Assembly (NCBI GenBank): GCA_038063555.1
Contig: JBBTUX010000018.1
Location: 1-49,545, forward strand
Direction of reading: 5' to 3'
Source of the DNA: Patescibacteria group bacterium
GTDB taxonomy: Bacteria; Patescibacteriota; Minisyncoccia; Phycocordibacterales; JAKFXT01
Length of the DNA stretch: 49,545 bases
Part shown: positions 1 through 9,725 of the stretch, in pieces
Layout: each line of letters begins with the position of its first letter
How positions within the stretch are numbered: the stretch's first letter is position 1
The notes under the pieces: model-generated
Seen by the model: only the letters and a program-made list of their open reading frames with translations
Databases searched by the model: none
Told to the model about the DNA's origin: nothing
Translations under genes and position numbers: made by a program

Positions 1-397
1 CATAAATGAGTAGTTTTGTTTCCAAAATCTTAGCTTGTTTGTCTTTTGCCATACCACCAAAATATTGCTCCATTCCGTTTTCATCTTTGATGGCAAATTT
101 GTCAGTTACGAACCTTCCGAGACTTGTGACGCGTTGTTGTCCGTCTAAAACTTCTAGGTTATCGTCAGAAACTTTATTGAAATAAATCAGTCCTATTGGG
201 TATTCTTTTAAAACTGATTCAATGACGGCCATTTCTCTTTTGCCACCGTCAGAAGCATAGATATAGTTGCGCTGATACTCCGGCTGAATAGTGAGCTTGC
301 CAGATAAGCCAAACAAACCTTTACCTTCAAGTTCGTTATAGACGAACCCTTCGCAAATATCTTTGACGGTAATATTGGTTTTAAGTGTGGTTTTCAT
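1..397 (-). CDS. DUF262 (ParB-like/GmrSD N-terminal) protein, usually fused to an HNH nuclease; runs off the window edge
   Basis: Manual translation [47 protein letters not shown]...LEVLDGQQR; QR and DGQQR motifs of DUF262. Confidence 0.8.
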   Translation of the reverse strand, partial: MKTTLKTNITVKDICEGFVYNELEGKGLFGLSGKLTIQPEYQRNYIYASDGGKREMAVIESVLKEYPIGLIYFNKVSDDNLEVLDGQQRVTSLGRFVTDKFAIKDENGMEQYFGGMAKDKQAKILETKLLIY

Positions 398-398
398 G

Positions 399-1958
399 TT
401 AGTTATTTGATTCTGTGATGTTAATTTTTATCATCAAAACTGTAAACCCATAAAGCCCGAGCTGCTTCTTGGAATTCCTGAAATTTACTAGACTGAAGAA
501 TGGTAACTTTAAATCTTGTTTGCTGGTTCCAATAGCGTATACGATTTTATATTCTTGTGATTTTGGATCATCAGCCGTCACAATACTTTTATGCGAATTA
601 AGAAGTTTACCATTTATCTCGGTCCTAAAATCCTTATCCGTGAGCAATAAGGTGGCTGATACAAGCCCTTGACTAAACAAATGACTCAAAACACTACTCG
701 CGCCGTATTTTTTGACATGGACAAGGTGTTTATCGCTTTTAACAAGATCTGCAAATTCAATTTTGCCTTTTCCAATCAAATTTTTTTGATTGGCTCCACC
801 ATCAAGACACTGGAATGTAGCGTCGTTGGTAGCGACTTCAGTATTGTACACATTTTCATGTTTTGATTGTTGCCAGTCAGGTAATGCAAAAGTTGTATCC
901 AGCGAAAAGTCGTTCTCAACCTTCTTCTTGTAATCCTTGTCGACTCTGTAATATTTACCGGAGACAAGTAGATACTTCTCATTATTAAAATCAATCTCTG
1001 AATACAGACATTTGTAAATTGACCATTCTTTTATCGTTTGATCATCCGTATTTACCTGTTGCACTTTTTTCTTTTTAAGAAGATCGAGGCTAATATTTTC
1101 TTTTTCATTATCGTTTAGCGAATTCTTAAAATCTTCAAAGGTTATGTCCTGATATTCGGGAGCATTATTTCTTGTGTGGTATTTAAAACATTTTGTATGT
1201 TCCCATTCGATAACTTCAGGAATTGCAAGCCAATAAATTACCTCCGTGCTGTTCTCGTTTTTTATTTTCGTAACGATTTTATTATCTAAATCAGATACCA
1301 TTTTCTTATCATTTACAGCGGAAAAATTATCAAACCAATCAAACTTTTCTTTGTACTTGTTGGAAATAAACGCTTTGTATAAATCAAGAAGTACATCGCT
1401 TATCTCGTCGACATTTTTCTTAATAGACAGACTGAGAGCATCCTTACCCACAACATTTTTACCATATAATTCTTGATTCTCTGGCTCACCCACAATTGCT
1501 CGCATGATGTCTTGTTCGACATCAAAACCAAAATCAGCAACCGACCCCACCTTTCCAAGTTGTTCAGAAACATCTTTAAGACCATTCCTAAAGTTCTTTT
1601 TTTCGATCTTCTTTATTTCATTTTTAATGATGCTTAATACTGTCTTGATGCCAAACTGTTCGACAATCACACCATCTTTAAACATCTGCCAACCATGACC
1701 AAATGAGATGCCGAAATAAATATCCTTACTATCATGATTCACTTTTGTTATATATAAACCGGATGCGGTGGAATTTTTCAAATCATCTACGCTCTTGTTA
1801 AAAAAGTTGTTTGTCCATGCTGGTTCTTTTGAAAAAGATTTTTTATAATACAAAACCCCGTTAGTAAAACTCTCTTTCGTATTCGTATCTTTAACAATAT
1901 CAACATGGTCTGTAATACTGTTCTTGATTAAATAAATTGAGAGTTTCTGACTCTTCAT
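399..1958 (-). CDS. TIGR04141/DUF6119-like sporadically distributed protein
   Basis: LSIYLIK N-terminus, [40 protein letters not shown] and LPFFSLVN motifs; start set at MKSQKL just after the MTase stop. Confidence 0.75.
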   Translation of the reverse strand: MKSQKLSIYLIKNSITDHVDIVKDTNTKESFTNGVLYYKKSFSKEPAWTNNFFNKSVDDLKNSTASGLYITKVNHDSKDIYFGISFGHGWQMFKDGVIVEQFGIKTVLSIIKNEIKKIEKKNFRNGLKDVSEQLGKVGSVADFGFDVEQDIMRAIVGEPENQELYGKNVVGKDALSLSIKKNVDEISDVLLDLYKAFISNKYKEKFDWFDNFSAVNDKKMVSDLDNKIVTKIKNENSTEVIYWLAIPEVIEWEHTKCFKYHTRNNAPEYQDITFEDFKNSLNDNEKENISLDLLKKKKVQQVNTDDQTIKEWSIYKCLYSEIDFNNEKYLLVSGKYYRVDKDYKKKVENDFSLDTTFALPDWQQSKHENVYNTEVATNDATFQCLDGGANQKNLIGKGKIEFADLVKSDKHLVHVKKYGASSVLSHLFSQGLVSATLLLTDKDFRTEINGKLLNSHKSIVTADDPKSQEYKIVYAIGTSKQDLKLPFFSLVNFRNSKKQLGLYGFTVLMIKINITESNN

Positions 1959-1959
1959 G

Positions 1960-3057
1960 TTATTTTTTGTGTTTGATGAATAATCGCTTGAAAGTTTCCT
2001 TTCCATTCAAGTGCGAACCTCGACCGTAAACGCGATTCTGGTCCTGATCTACGCCACGATTTGAGCCGAGTATCTCAAACTGGTTAGGATTATACTTATC
2101 CAGAAAACTTACTGGAACGCCCATTACTCCTTTGTAATCGCTGGGAATCGCGTCGGTAAACGGCACTTCAATGGCATCGTAGTTATCATACTTATGATAA
2201 GATTTTTTACCTTTAATCTCTTTGTGCTTGCTGTATTTCAAATTCTCTTCCATTGTCATAAGTGGCAACATTTGATGACGACGCCCATGATCAAGATTAG
2301 TAAACCAACAACAATTCCTGAATTTCACTAAGCCGGTTTCGGGATCATATACCCCACCAGCATATTCTCTAGTAATAGGAGTAGAAAAATAAGCATTGCC
2401 AGCATTAAAGCCATTCCCTAACCACATTTTATTTTCTTTTATCCATGGAAAGATTTCTCTGTAAATAATTGCACTTAGATTACCAATAATCACAAACTTT
2501 TTGTTGTAATCAAAAAGTTGTTTTACATATTCGCGAAACAAACTGAATGGTGGATTTGTTGCGATGATATCGGATTGTTTAAGTAAACTCACGCATTCAT
2601 CGCTACGGAAGTCGCCGTCGCCTTCCAGCGGCGTCCATTCGTTATTCTTGTTTGTCTTTAACTGCTTGGCGACATCCTTCAAGTTGAATTCGCCATCGCC
2701 GTCTATATCTTTCACTTCGTTGATAATAAATTTGTTGGCGGTTATCTTGGGACGGCCTTTTGATTTTGTGAGCGTCTTATCATCGCCAAATAACCCTAGT
2801 TGCGTGTTGGCTACAGGCGATGGTTTGTAGCTGGTGGTGATAAGCTGTTTTAATTTAAGCTTGTTGAAATTGAGTACGAAATAGCGAAAGAAATTGCTCT
2901 CGAACGGATCGTCACAGTTGCAATACACCACCTTGCCTCGGAATGCATGGGGATTGTATTCTAGATACGCCTCAATCTCTTTCTGAATATCGCTGTACTG
3001 GGTATAAAACTCATCGTTCTTTACCCGTTTTGCGTTTGTAAGATTTTTATTTGCCAT
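1960..3057 (-). CDS. Adenine-specific DNA methyltransferase, EcoRI family
   Basis: KNDEFYT, VVYCNCDDP, GDGDFRS, TNPPFSLFREY, GVMGVP motifs. Confidence 0.9.
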   Translation of the reverse strand: MANKNLTNAKRVKNDEFYTQYSDIQKEIEAYLEYNPHAFRGKVVYCNCDDPFESNFFRYFVLNFNKLKLKQLITTSYKPSPVANTQLGLFGDDKTLTKSKGRPKITANKFIINEVKDIDGDGEFNLKDVAKQLKTNKNNEWTPLEGDGDFRSDECVSLLKQSDIIATNPPFSLFREYVKQLFDYNKKFVIIGNLSAIIYREIFPWIKENKMWLGNGFNAGNAYFSTPITREYAGGVYDPETGLVKFRNCCWFTNLDHGRRHQMLPLMTMEENLKYSKHKEIKGKKSYHKYDNYDAIEVPFTDAIPSDYKGVMGVPVSFLDKYNPNQFEILGSNRGVDQDQNRVYGRGSHLNGKETFKRLFIKHKK

Positions 3058-3138
3058 AATTTATTTCAAAAGTTCACTACTGGATTCCATAACTGAATTA
3101 TAGCGTTTATTTGAACGCTTCGCGTGCTTAATCTACAT

Positions 3139-3270
3139 GGTCACAAATTCCGCCTAAGGCGGATTTGCGCGACCCCGCCTCGTGATTTTGTCTGCTGACA
3201 AAATATCACTGTGGCCTCATAAATTGTCCGCAAATAAAGCAGTTTATTTGCTTTACACAATTTATGACTC
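3139..3270. repeat. Three stacked imperfect hairpins just downstream of the tRNA-Glu 3' end
   Basis: aattccgcc-taa-ggcggattt; gtgattttgtc-tgct-gacaaaatatcac; tcataaattgt..gcaaataaa/tttatttgc..acaatttatga. Confidence 0.6.
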
Positions 3271-3336
3271 TAGCGGGAGTCGAACCCGCCTTCCATCCTT
3301 GAGAAGGATGTGTCCTAGCCGATAGACGATAGAGCC
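3265..3336 (-). tRNA. tRNA-Glu (CTC)
   Basis: Cloverleaf GGCTCTA...CATCC-TTCTCAA-GGATG...GGTTCGACTCC..TAGAGTCA; no encoded CCA. Confidence 0.95.
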
Positions 3337-3402
3337 TTATTGTCAAAACACGAAATTTACTTTACAGTAAAAACCAGTCAAGAACAACCGAAAGGAAACA
3401 CC

Positions 3403-3519
3403 ATGGACACTCTCCAATGGGTAATCAGCGTTATCGGATACTTCTCGTTCGTTGGTGGAGTAATGGCCGCACCAGTCGCCATTTACTTCGGGGTTAAGCT
3501 TTTCAGGAAACGTCCGTGA
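3403..3519 (+). CDS. 38-aa single-pass membrane microprotein (not in ORF track)
   Basis: AAAGGAAA SD-like site, MDTLQWVISVIGYFSFVGGVMAAPVAIYFGVKLFRKRP*. Confidence 0.55.
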   Translation: MDTLQWVISVIGYFSFVGGVMAAPVAIYFGVKLFRKRP

Positions 3520-3627
3520 GTCAAACTTATGGGCGTTTTTTGTTTGTTTAAATTTCAAAATTAATTTAAAATTAAAAGTGGATACCGTACAATCCTTTCC
3601 ACCCTTTTTACTTTGAGGAAGTGGACC

Positions 3628-3870
3628 ATGAAATTCATCGGGACAAAGAAATTCCTCGGGACAAAATTTATCAAGACGTTTGGCATCAAATCGTGGGCTC
3701 GGCTGAACTGGAGCAGGCTTCAGAGAATGGAGATTGAAGACCTTTTTCCAGAAGAAGTGGAAACAGGGACGGCAGAAATCCGAAAAAACGAAGCCGTCAC
3801 AGTTGAACTTATCAGGACTTTCCTGGACTCAGATCGCTTCACAGCGGACCACATTTGCCCCGTTGATTGA
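3628..3870 (+). CDS. Hypothetical protein
   Basis: GAGGAAG upstream of ATG; followed by a terminator-like hairpin. Confidence 0.45.
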   Translation: MKFIGTKKFLGTKFIKTFGIKSWARLNWSRLQRMEIEDLFPEEVETGTAEIRKNEAVTVELIRTFLDSDRFTADHICPVD

Positions 3871-3940
3871 ACTGTAACGGTTGAGGGTTCAGTCGTAATT
3901 TTGGATTGGATATTCCACTAGGTTTTGAGTCCAGTTGGCA

Positions 3941-3970
3941 AAATGCCCGTAAGGAAGGTACGGGCATTTT
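3941..3970 (+). terminator. Intrinsic terminator-like hairpin
   Basis: aaatgcccgt-aaggaaggt-acgggcattt. Confidence 0.55.
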
Positions 3971-4127
3971 AGATTTTTATAAAAATAAAAATAACGCAGG
4001 CGTTTTTTCTTTTCCAAATTACTTACTCTTTCTTATTCTTATTTTTCCTTATTCTACCATTCGCGCGAATTAGGTATATATAGTATTTTGTTAAAAATAA
4101 AGGTTAATCGGAAAAATAGATGGGATT

Positions 4128-4207
4128 AACCTGTGTTTCGTCTTGGCTCGGATAAAATGTAAAATTAAAATTTTCCAATTCACTCCTCGCTAGCCGAAAT
4201 AAAAAAA
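4128..4207 (-). repeat. Dispersed ~80-bp repeat, family C copy 1
   Basis: Reverse complement closely matches 14448-14527. Confidence 0.85.
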
Positions 4208-4260
4208 GCGCGAGAGGTCCGTAACCGTCTCGCGCTCCTTGATTTCCTACAGCTACTCCT

Positions 4261-4542
4261 TTACTGGAGCCCTGCGTCCCTGCGTCCAATTCCTTCGATT
4301 TCCCCGGCGTAGCGGACTTTGAACTCCTCCCACCATTCATTGATGGGATTTTTCTTTTTTTCTTTTTCGCCCAGCCGCTTACTGTATAGCCATACGAGAC
4401 GATTCCTTGCGGCTTCATCTTGGATCCCCATGGCGTTCAGTGCGCTGAAGTACGCCTGATTCTTATTGTTGCCATCCTTCTTAGCTTGTTCAACGAGACG
4501 GGAGAATTTTTCCAGTGTTTCCTTTTCAGTACGTACTGGCAT
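4261..4542 (-). CDS. Hypothetical protein
   Basis: 93-aa ORF abutting the upstream ORF; terminator-like hairpin 4207-4236. Confidence 0.55.
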   Translation of the reverse strand: MPVRTEKETLEKFSRLVEQAKKDGNNKNQAYFSALNAMGIQDEAARNRLVWLYSKRLGEKEKKKNPINEWWEEFKVRYAGEIEGIGRRDAGLQ

Positions 4543-4544
4543 GA

Positions 4545-4886
4545 CTAACCCCTTCTAGTGACGAGCAGGATTTGCCGGCTCGAATTGACGGGACAGAAAT
4601 CCGCCAAGATGTTCATGCTGGCGCGAATGGCTTTGAAAATTTGCCTCGCCGCCGCCTTGATGCCCCGCCTCGTCTTTCCATAGGCAGGAAGCTCGATTTC
4701 GATGCGCAGGAGATCGTCATGATGAATCACATCCGCTTCCGGCGGCAGTGCTTTCGCAAGTGCTCTCCTTTGCTTTGCCGTCATTTGACCCGCGTTGAGC
4801 ACACAGGCGCCGACGAAAGACTTGCCACCCTCAAGATGCGGTGGGTACAGAATCTCAGCCACAAACTTGTCTCGTTTCATTTTCAT
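4545..4886 (-). CDS. Hypothetical protein
   Basis: GC-richer ORF; start placed at MKMKRDK. Confidence 0.5.
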   Translation of the reverse strand: MKMKRDKFVAEILYPPHLEGGKSFVGACVLNAGQMTAKQRRALAKALPPEADVIHHDDLLRIEIELPAYGKTRRGIKAAARQIFKAIRASMNILADFCPVNSSRQILLVTRRG

Positions 4887-5000
4887 CCCTTTATGAAGTT
4901 TTAGGTAGGATTTCAATTCGGCGTCAAAATGCTTTTTTGCACTTATTAAAACACCGATTACAGCTACCTTGAAGTATAGCACAAAATATATAAAAAATCA

Positions 5001-5041
5001 ACCCCGTGAGATAGGTGAAAAAAACACCATTCTCACGGGGT
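5001..5041. repeat. Short family A-like hairpin (ACCCCGTGAGA...TCTCACGGGGT); may terminate yqeY
   Basis: 11-bp perfect inverted repeat resembling family A ends. Confidence 0.55.
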
Positions 5042-5050
5042 AAATCAGCA

Positions 5051-5524
5051 TTATTCAAACAATTTGTCTACAACTTCTTTTACTAACTTTCCATCGGCCT
5101 GCCCTTTTAATTCAGACATTAAAGCGCCCATAAAAGGCCCAATTTTGGTTTTGTCAGTTACACCTGCCTGCGCAGGCAGGCCCATTTTTTCTTTGAGGGC
5201 TTTGGCTTTACTTTCTATCTCTTCGCGAGAAAGTTGAGGTGGTAAATAGGCCTCAAGAATTTTTAATTCCATTTTTTCTTTATCAACTAAATCGGCACGA
5301 CCTCCTTTAGTAAATTGTTCAATAGAATCTTTTCTCTGTTTTACGGCCAGGCGAATCACTATCAACACCTCTTCATCGCTTATTATTTCTTGTGGCTTTT
5401 TACCTTTGGCTATCATTTGATTGGTAAAGCCAGCAATCAGTCCGCGTAAAACAGAAACATTAAGAGAATCCTTAGCTTTCATCGCTTCTTTAAGTTGTTC
5501 TCTAATTTTTTCAGACAATGTCAT
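5051..5524 (-). CDS. yqeY: GatB/YqeY domain protein with an in-frame palindromic insertion
   Basis: LKEAMKAKD, KQRKDSIEQFTKGGRADL, YLPPQLS, KGQADGKLV. Confidence 0.9.
   Translation of the reverse strand: MTLSEKIREQLKEAMKAKDSLNVSVLRGLIAGFTNQMIAKGKKPQEIISDEEVLIVIRLAVKQRKDSIEQFTKGGRADLVDKEKMELKILEAYLPPQLSREEIESKAKALKEKMGLPAQAGVTDKTKIGPFMGALMSELKGQADGKLVKEVVDKLFE
5163..5180. repeat. 18-bp perfect palindrome inside yqeY (encodes LPAQAG)
   Basis: cctgcctgcgcaggcagg; related to cctgcccgtagcaggcggg at 5633-5651. Confidence 0.8.
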
Positions 5525-5658
5525 CCCATTAGAAAGATACTCGCGAAATTATCCACGAGTTACTTTTAAAAAATTTATTATTTCGACTATTTGTCATATT
5601 GCATTATTATTTATCACCGTCGCAGCATCTTCCCTGCCCGTAGCAGGCGGGTAACGGG
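5525..5658. mobile_element. Family A inverted-repeat element abutting the yqeY ATG; right end interrupted by a nested palindrome
   Basis: cat|cccattagaaagat ... atctt[ccctgcccgtagcaggcggg]taacggg. Confidence 0.7.
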
Positions 5659-5717
5659 ACAAGTAGAATCCATTGTAGCTTAAAAACTAAATTGTGAAAA
5701 GATGTTAAAATATCACT

Positions 5718-6776
5718 ATGAGTACGGCGACGATTATTGTTTTGTTTTTGGGGCTGTTATTTTTGATTTCCAACGGTTTTTTGTTTTGGTATATGACTCG
5801 TAAAAAAGAGGAGAAAAAAGAAGATGGGGGAATGCAACTTTTACTACAACAGATGAATGAATTGACCAGAACGGTGGACAGTAAACTTTTGGAAACATCC
5901 AAACAAATGACAGAATCGCTACACAAAACGGGAGAGACAACAGCCAGAATTGTGGGTGATATTACAGAAAAATTGACTCGATTAGATGAAACTAACAAGC
6001 AAGTAATGTCTTTCACGGACCAGCTTCAAAGTTTGCAAGATATTTTGAAAAACCCAAAACAAAGAGGAGTAGTGGGGGAGTATTATTTAGAAACACTTTT
6101 GAAAAATACTATGCCACCGGGGAGTTTTGAAATGCAATATAGTTTTAAAGATGGGGAAATAGTGGATGCCGTTGTATTTGTCAAAGAAAAGATTATTCCC
6201 ATTGATTCAAAATTTAGTTTGGAAAATTATAATAGGATTGTGGAGGAAAGGGACGAAGCGGAGAAAAAGCGATTAGAAAAACTTTTTGTTAATGATTTGA
6301 AAAATAGAATAGTGGAAACTGCCAAATACATTCGTCCTGCAGAAAACACTATGAGTTTTGCTTTTATGTTTATCCCACACGAAGCTATCTATTATGACCT
6401 TCTCATAAATAAAATTGGGGCGGTAGAAGAGAATACAGAAAATCTTATTCAAAGAGCAGCCGGAAAATACAAAGTGATAATAGTTTCGCCGACATCATTT
6501 TTGGCTTATTTGCAGACGGTTTTACAAGGATTAAAAGCAATGCAAATTGAGGAGAAAGTGACTGACGTTATAAAAAGAGTTGGAGAATTGGGTAAGCATT
6601 TAAAAAGTTATGAGGAATATCATTCTAAAATGGGAAATGCGCTTGGCACGGTAGTAAATCACTACAATTCATCTGGCAAAGAATTTAAAAAATTAGATAA
6701 GGATGTTTTGCGTATTAGCGGAGAGAGTATTGAATTTGAAACCGCTTTAATTGAAGGGCCTGACAAAGACGAATAA
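5718..6776 (+). CDS. rmuC: DNA recombination protein RmuC
   Basis: N-terminal TM, KNPKQRGVVGE, IPIDSKFSLENY, FAFMFIPHEAIY, VSPTSF. Confidence 0.9.
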   Translation: MSTATIIVLFLGLLFLISNGFLFWYMTRKKEEKKEDGGMQLLLQQMNELTRTVDSKLLETSKQMTESLHKTGETTARIVGDITEKLTRLDETNKQVMSFTDQLQSLQDILKNPKQRGVVGEYYLETLLKNTMPPGSFEMQYSFKDGEIVDAVVFVKEKIIPIDSKFSLENYNRIVEERDEAEKKRLEKLFVNDLKNRIVETAKYIRPAENTMSFAFMFIPHEAIYYDLLINKIGAVEENTENLIQRAAGKYKVIIVSPTSFLAYLQTVLQGLKAMQIEEKVTDVIKRVGELGKHLKSYEEYHSKMGNALGTVVNHYNSSGKEFKKLDKDVLRISGESIEFETALIEGPDKDE

Positions 6777-6964
6777 AATTTAGACAAAAAAAGGCCGTCG
6801 CACTGCGACGGCCCGGAATGGACACAGCGAGGGGAACCCGACAGTGTCCAATGGCCTCGGCGGAAAGGCAAAACAACCGCCAAGACCATAAACAATAGCA
6901 CCGAGAATAAAAAGAGTAAATATTGCCTTGCCTTATTAACGTTTTTATGTAAAATAGATTTTCT

Positions 6965-7312
6965 ATGGTTGCCAAAAAGAAAGAGCAGAATAAAGATGAA
7001 TTTGCCGTTATAGCAACGGGCGGAAAGCAATACCGAGTATCTGTCGGAGAGATTTTTACTATTGAAAAAATAAAAGGTGATTTTAAGGAGGGAGATAAGG
7101 TAGTTTTTGATAAAGTATTAATGGTTGATAACGGTAAAGACGCTACAATTGGCGCTCCATATATAAAGGAAGCCAAAGTGGAGGCCAAAATTACAGAAAT
7201 AGGTAAACACAAAAAAATAGATGTTGTTAAATATAAAGCTAAGAGTAGATATTTAAAGACCCGTGGCCACAGGCAACCTTTTTTCAAAATAGAAGTTACT
7301 GCCCTAAAGTAA
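6965..7312 (+). CDS. rplU: 50S ribosomal protein L21
   Basis: FAVIATGGKQYRV, GHRQPF. Confidence 0.97.
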   Translation: MVAKKKEQNKDEFAVIATGGKQYRVSVGEIFTIEKIKGDFKEGDKVVFDKVLMVDNGKDATIGAPYIKEAKVEAKITEIGKHKKIDVVKYKAKSRYLKTRGHRQPFFKIEVTALK

Positions 7313-7509
7313 ATAAAAAACGCCCTCCTCCCAAAGGGCATTTCAGTAATCGTAATAGACGAGGGGGAACCATTGAACCGCCCCGGCAAGAAAAGCCAGA
7401 AAAGCAAGCAAAATCAGTCCGTATATACAATGCAGTATGAACCTTGCCATGGCATACTCCTTTTAGGCATATTTCCTATGGTTCGTTATATAACTATTAA
7501 TACACTTTA

Positions 7510-8127
7510 TCAACCTCTGTTCTTAAGAGCATTTTTTAGAGTTTCGCTATCGGAATATTCAACTTCAAGACCGGTGGAGAGGCCGCGACCCAGTGTTGTG
7601 AATTTAATATTTTTATCAAAAACGATTGGTTGAAGCAGGTTCGTGAGATAAAAAACAGTATTTTCTCCTTCAGCGTTAATCCCGAAAGCAAATATTATTT
7701 CCTTCAAGTCCTGTCCTTTCAATTTGACTTCAATGAGTTTGAGTAATTCTTTTTGACGTATCTTTTTTTCAGGTTCTTTTTCTAAAATTGGTATAGAGCC
7801 ACCAAGAATAAAGTAATAACCATTGTAACCACCACTTTTCTCTACCGCTTCAAAGTCCACGTCTTTCTCCACTATCATAAGCAATTCAGAGTTTCTGTTG
7901 GCGTCATTACAGGTTGCGCAAGTCCCTGATTTACTATTGCCGTTGAAGAAGCGCCGACAGCTATCACAAACTTTTATACCTTTTTTAACTTCCTCGATTA
8001 AAGAGACAAGCTCTTCTATGTAATCCTTGTTTCTAGTCAAAAGGAAATAAACAAAACGCCTGGCCTGGCGAGGACCAATTCCCGGGAAATTTTTGAAAAG
8101 AAAGGTTAATTTTTCAAGGGCAGACAT
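7510..8127 (-). CDS. recR: Recombination mediator RecR
   Basis: FPGIGPRQARR HhH, C4 zinc finger, Toprim, EGENT, GLEVEYSD. Confidence 0.95.
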   Translation of the reverse strand: MSALEKLTFLFKNFPGIGPRQARRFVYFLLTRNKDYIEELVSLIEEVKKGIKVCDSCRRFFNGNSKSGTCATCNDANRNSELLMIVEKDVDFEAVEKSGGYNGYYFILGGSIPILEKEPEKKIRQKELLKLIEVKLKGQDLKEIIFAFGINAEGENTVFYLTNLLQPIVFDKNIKFTTLGRGLSTGLEVEYSDSETLKNALKNRG

Positions 8128-8172
8128 TAAGGAAAGAATTAAGAATATAGAATTAAGAATAAGAAAGAGAAA

Positions 8173-9594
8173 TCAAAAATCTTTGGAGTCACTGCTTTCA
8201 TTGAAATTGCCAAAGCCACTTTTATCAATTGGAATAAAGGTGCTTTTCTTGTCATCAAAATATAATTCTATTTTTCCCGTTGGACCATTTCTGTGTTTTT
8301 CTATCATAATTTCGGCAATGTTTATTTTATCCGAATCCTCTTTATATTTATCTTCTCGGTGAATAAACATAACAACGTCAGCGTCTTGTTCAATGGAGCC
8401 AGAATCTCGTAAGTCCGATAGGCGTGGTTTGCCCCCCCGGGATTCGACGGCACGACTCAATTGTGAAAGCGCTAAAACGGGGACATCAAGGTCGCGCGCC
8501 AAGTGTTTCAAAGAGCGAGAAAGTTCTGTTACTTGTTGCACGGCTGAATCAGAGTTTCGGGTGTTAATTGGGGTCATAAGCTGAAGATAATCAACTATAA
8601 TAAGTCCTAGTCCCTTATCCCTTTTCATACGACGCGCGACAGAGCGCATCTTTAAAATATTATTTCCGGGCTGATCATCTATCACAATTGGAGCGCGGGA
8701 AAGCCTGTCCAAGGCGTCTCGTATTTTTTCCGTGTCTTCCGCAAGAGAAAAACGTCCGGTACGTAAATTCCAAGCATTAACGCGGGATTCGGCTGCGAGC
8801 ATTCTTTGAATAAGTTGGTCACTACTCATTTCAAGTGAAAAAATACAAACAGGGGTATTGTGGAGAGTGGCAGTTTGGCGGGCGATATCCAAAGCAAGAG
8901 CGGTTTTACCCATGGAAGGACGCGCCGCTAAAATAACCAAATCTGATTTTTGAAGTCCCGCTAATTTATCATCCAATTCTCGAAAACCAGTTCTAATACC
9001 ACGGATCTCATCTTTATTGTGATGCAATCGCTCCAAGTGTTCCCAAATTCCCGGAAGGGCATCTTTTAAATCAATAAATTTTTTAACCCCGCCGTGGTTG
9101 GTGAGTTGATACAGTTCGTGTTCGGCTTTTTCTAAAAGCATTTCTAATTCTTCCGTTTCATCATAACCAAGAGAGTTGATTGATTCAGCCGCTCCGATTA
9201 ATTGACGCATCATAAATTTGCGATGCACTATTTCTGCATAATGGCGAATATTGGCAGCCGATGGTGTGGTATTTATCAAATCTGCTAAATAACTGGTTCC
9301 TCCAGTTTGTTCCAAAAAACCCTTTTCTTTTAAACGCGAAGAAAGGGAAAGAAGATCTATAGGTTCACTTTTCGAAAAGAGGTTCAACATTCCTTGCCAA
9401 ATAAGACGGTGTTTCTCCACGTAAAAGGTCTCTGCGTTTATTAGATCTATGACATCAATTATGGCGTCGGGGCGAAGCATCACAGAGCCAAGGAGAGCGC
9501 GTTCGGAATCTATGTTTTGTGGCGGCACACGTAAAACGGAAGAGGGAACGGGGGAGTGAGAAATTTTCTTTTTTTGATAGTTGGAGGAATCCAT
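8173..9594 (-). CDS. dnaB: Replicative DNA helicase
   Basis: PPQNIDSERALLG, AARPSMGKT, VDYLQL, LSQLSR, DLRDSGSIEQDAD; start at MDSSNY. Confidence 0.97.
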   Translation of the reverse strand: MDSSNYQKKKISHSPVPSSVLRVPPQNIDSERALLGSVMLRPDAIIDVIDLINAETFYVEKHRLIWQGMLNLFSKSEPIDLLSLSSRLKEKGFLEQTGGTSYLADLINTTPSAANIRHYAEIVHRKFMMRQLIGAAESINSLGYDETEELEMLLEKAEHELYQLTNHGGVKKFIDLKDALPGIWEHLERLHHNKDEIRGIRTGFRELDDKLAGLQKSDLVILAARPSMGKTALALDIARQTATLHNTPVCIFSLEMSSDQLIQRMLAAESRVNAWNLRTGRFSLAEDTEKIRDALDRLSRAPIVIDDQPGNNILKMRSVARRMKRDKGLGLIIVDYLQLMTPINTRNSDSAVQQVTELSRSLKHLARDLDVPVLALSQLSRAVESRGGKPRLSDLRDSGSIEQDADVVMFIHREDKYKEDSDKINIAEIMIEKHRNGPTGKIELYFDDKKSTFIPIDKSGFGNFNESSDSKDF

Positions 9595-9725
9595 CCTGTA
9601 GTGAGAAATGGCATCGCTTCTTTTTAGAAGCAAGTTGACCAAATTTTAGTTAATTTTATTAAATTCAACCTTTCTGTTCTAATTTTTGATTGGGTTATCA
9701 TCATAATGCCATTTTCTACTACGGG
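9595..9725. mobile_element. Family A element (131 bp) abutting the dnaB ATG, flanked by a 6-bp direct repeat ATCCAT
   Basis: atccat|cctgtagtgagaaatggcat...atgccattttctactacggg|atccat. Confidence 0.85.

Noticed and set aside
3631-3666. 18-bp tandem duplication (KFIGTK/KFLGTK)
   Set aside because: Only two units; simple slippage
6662-7407. Long minus-strand ORFs (122 and 230 aa)
   Set aside because: Antisense to rmuC/rplU with no recognisable motifs; the GC-rich stretch 6790-6890 could not be assigned to any RNA family
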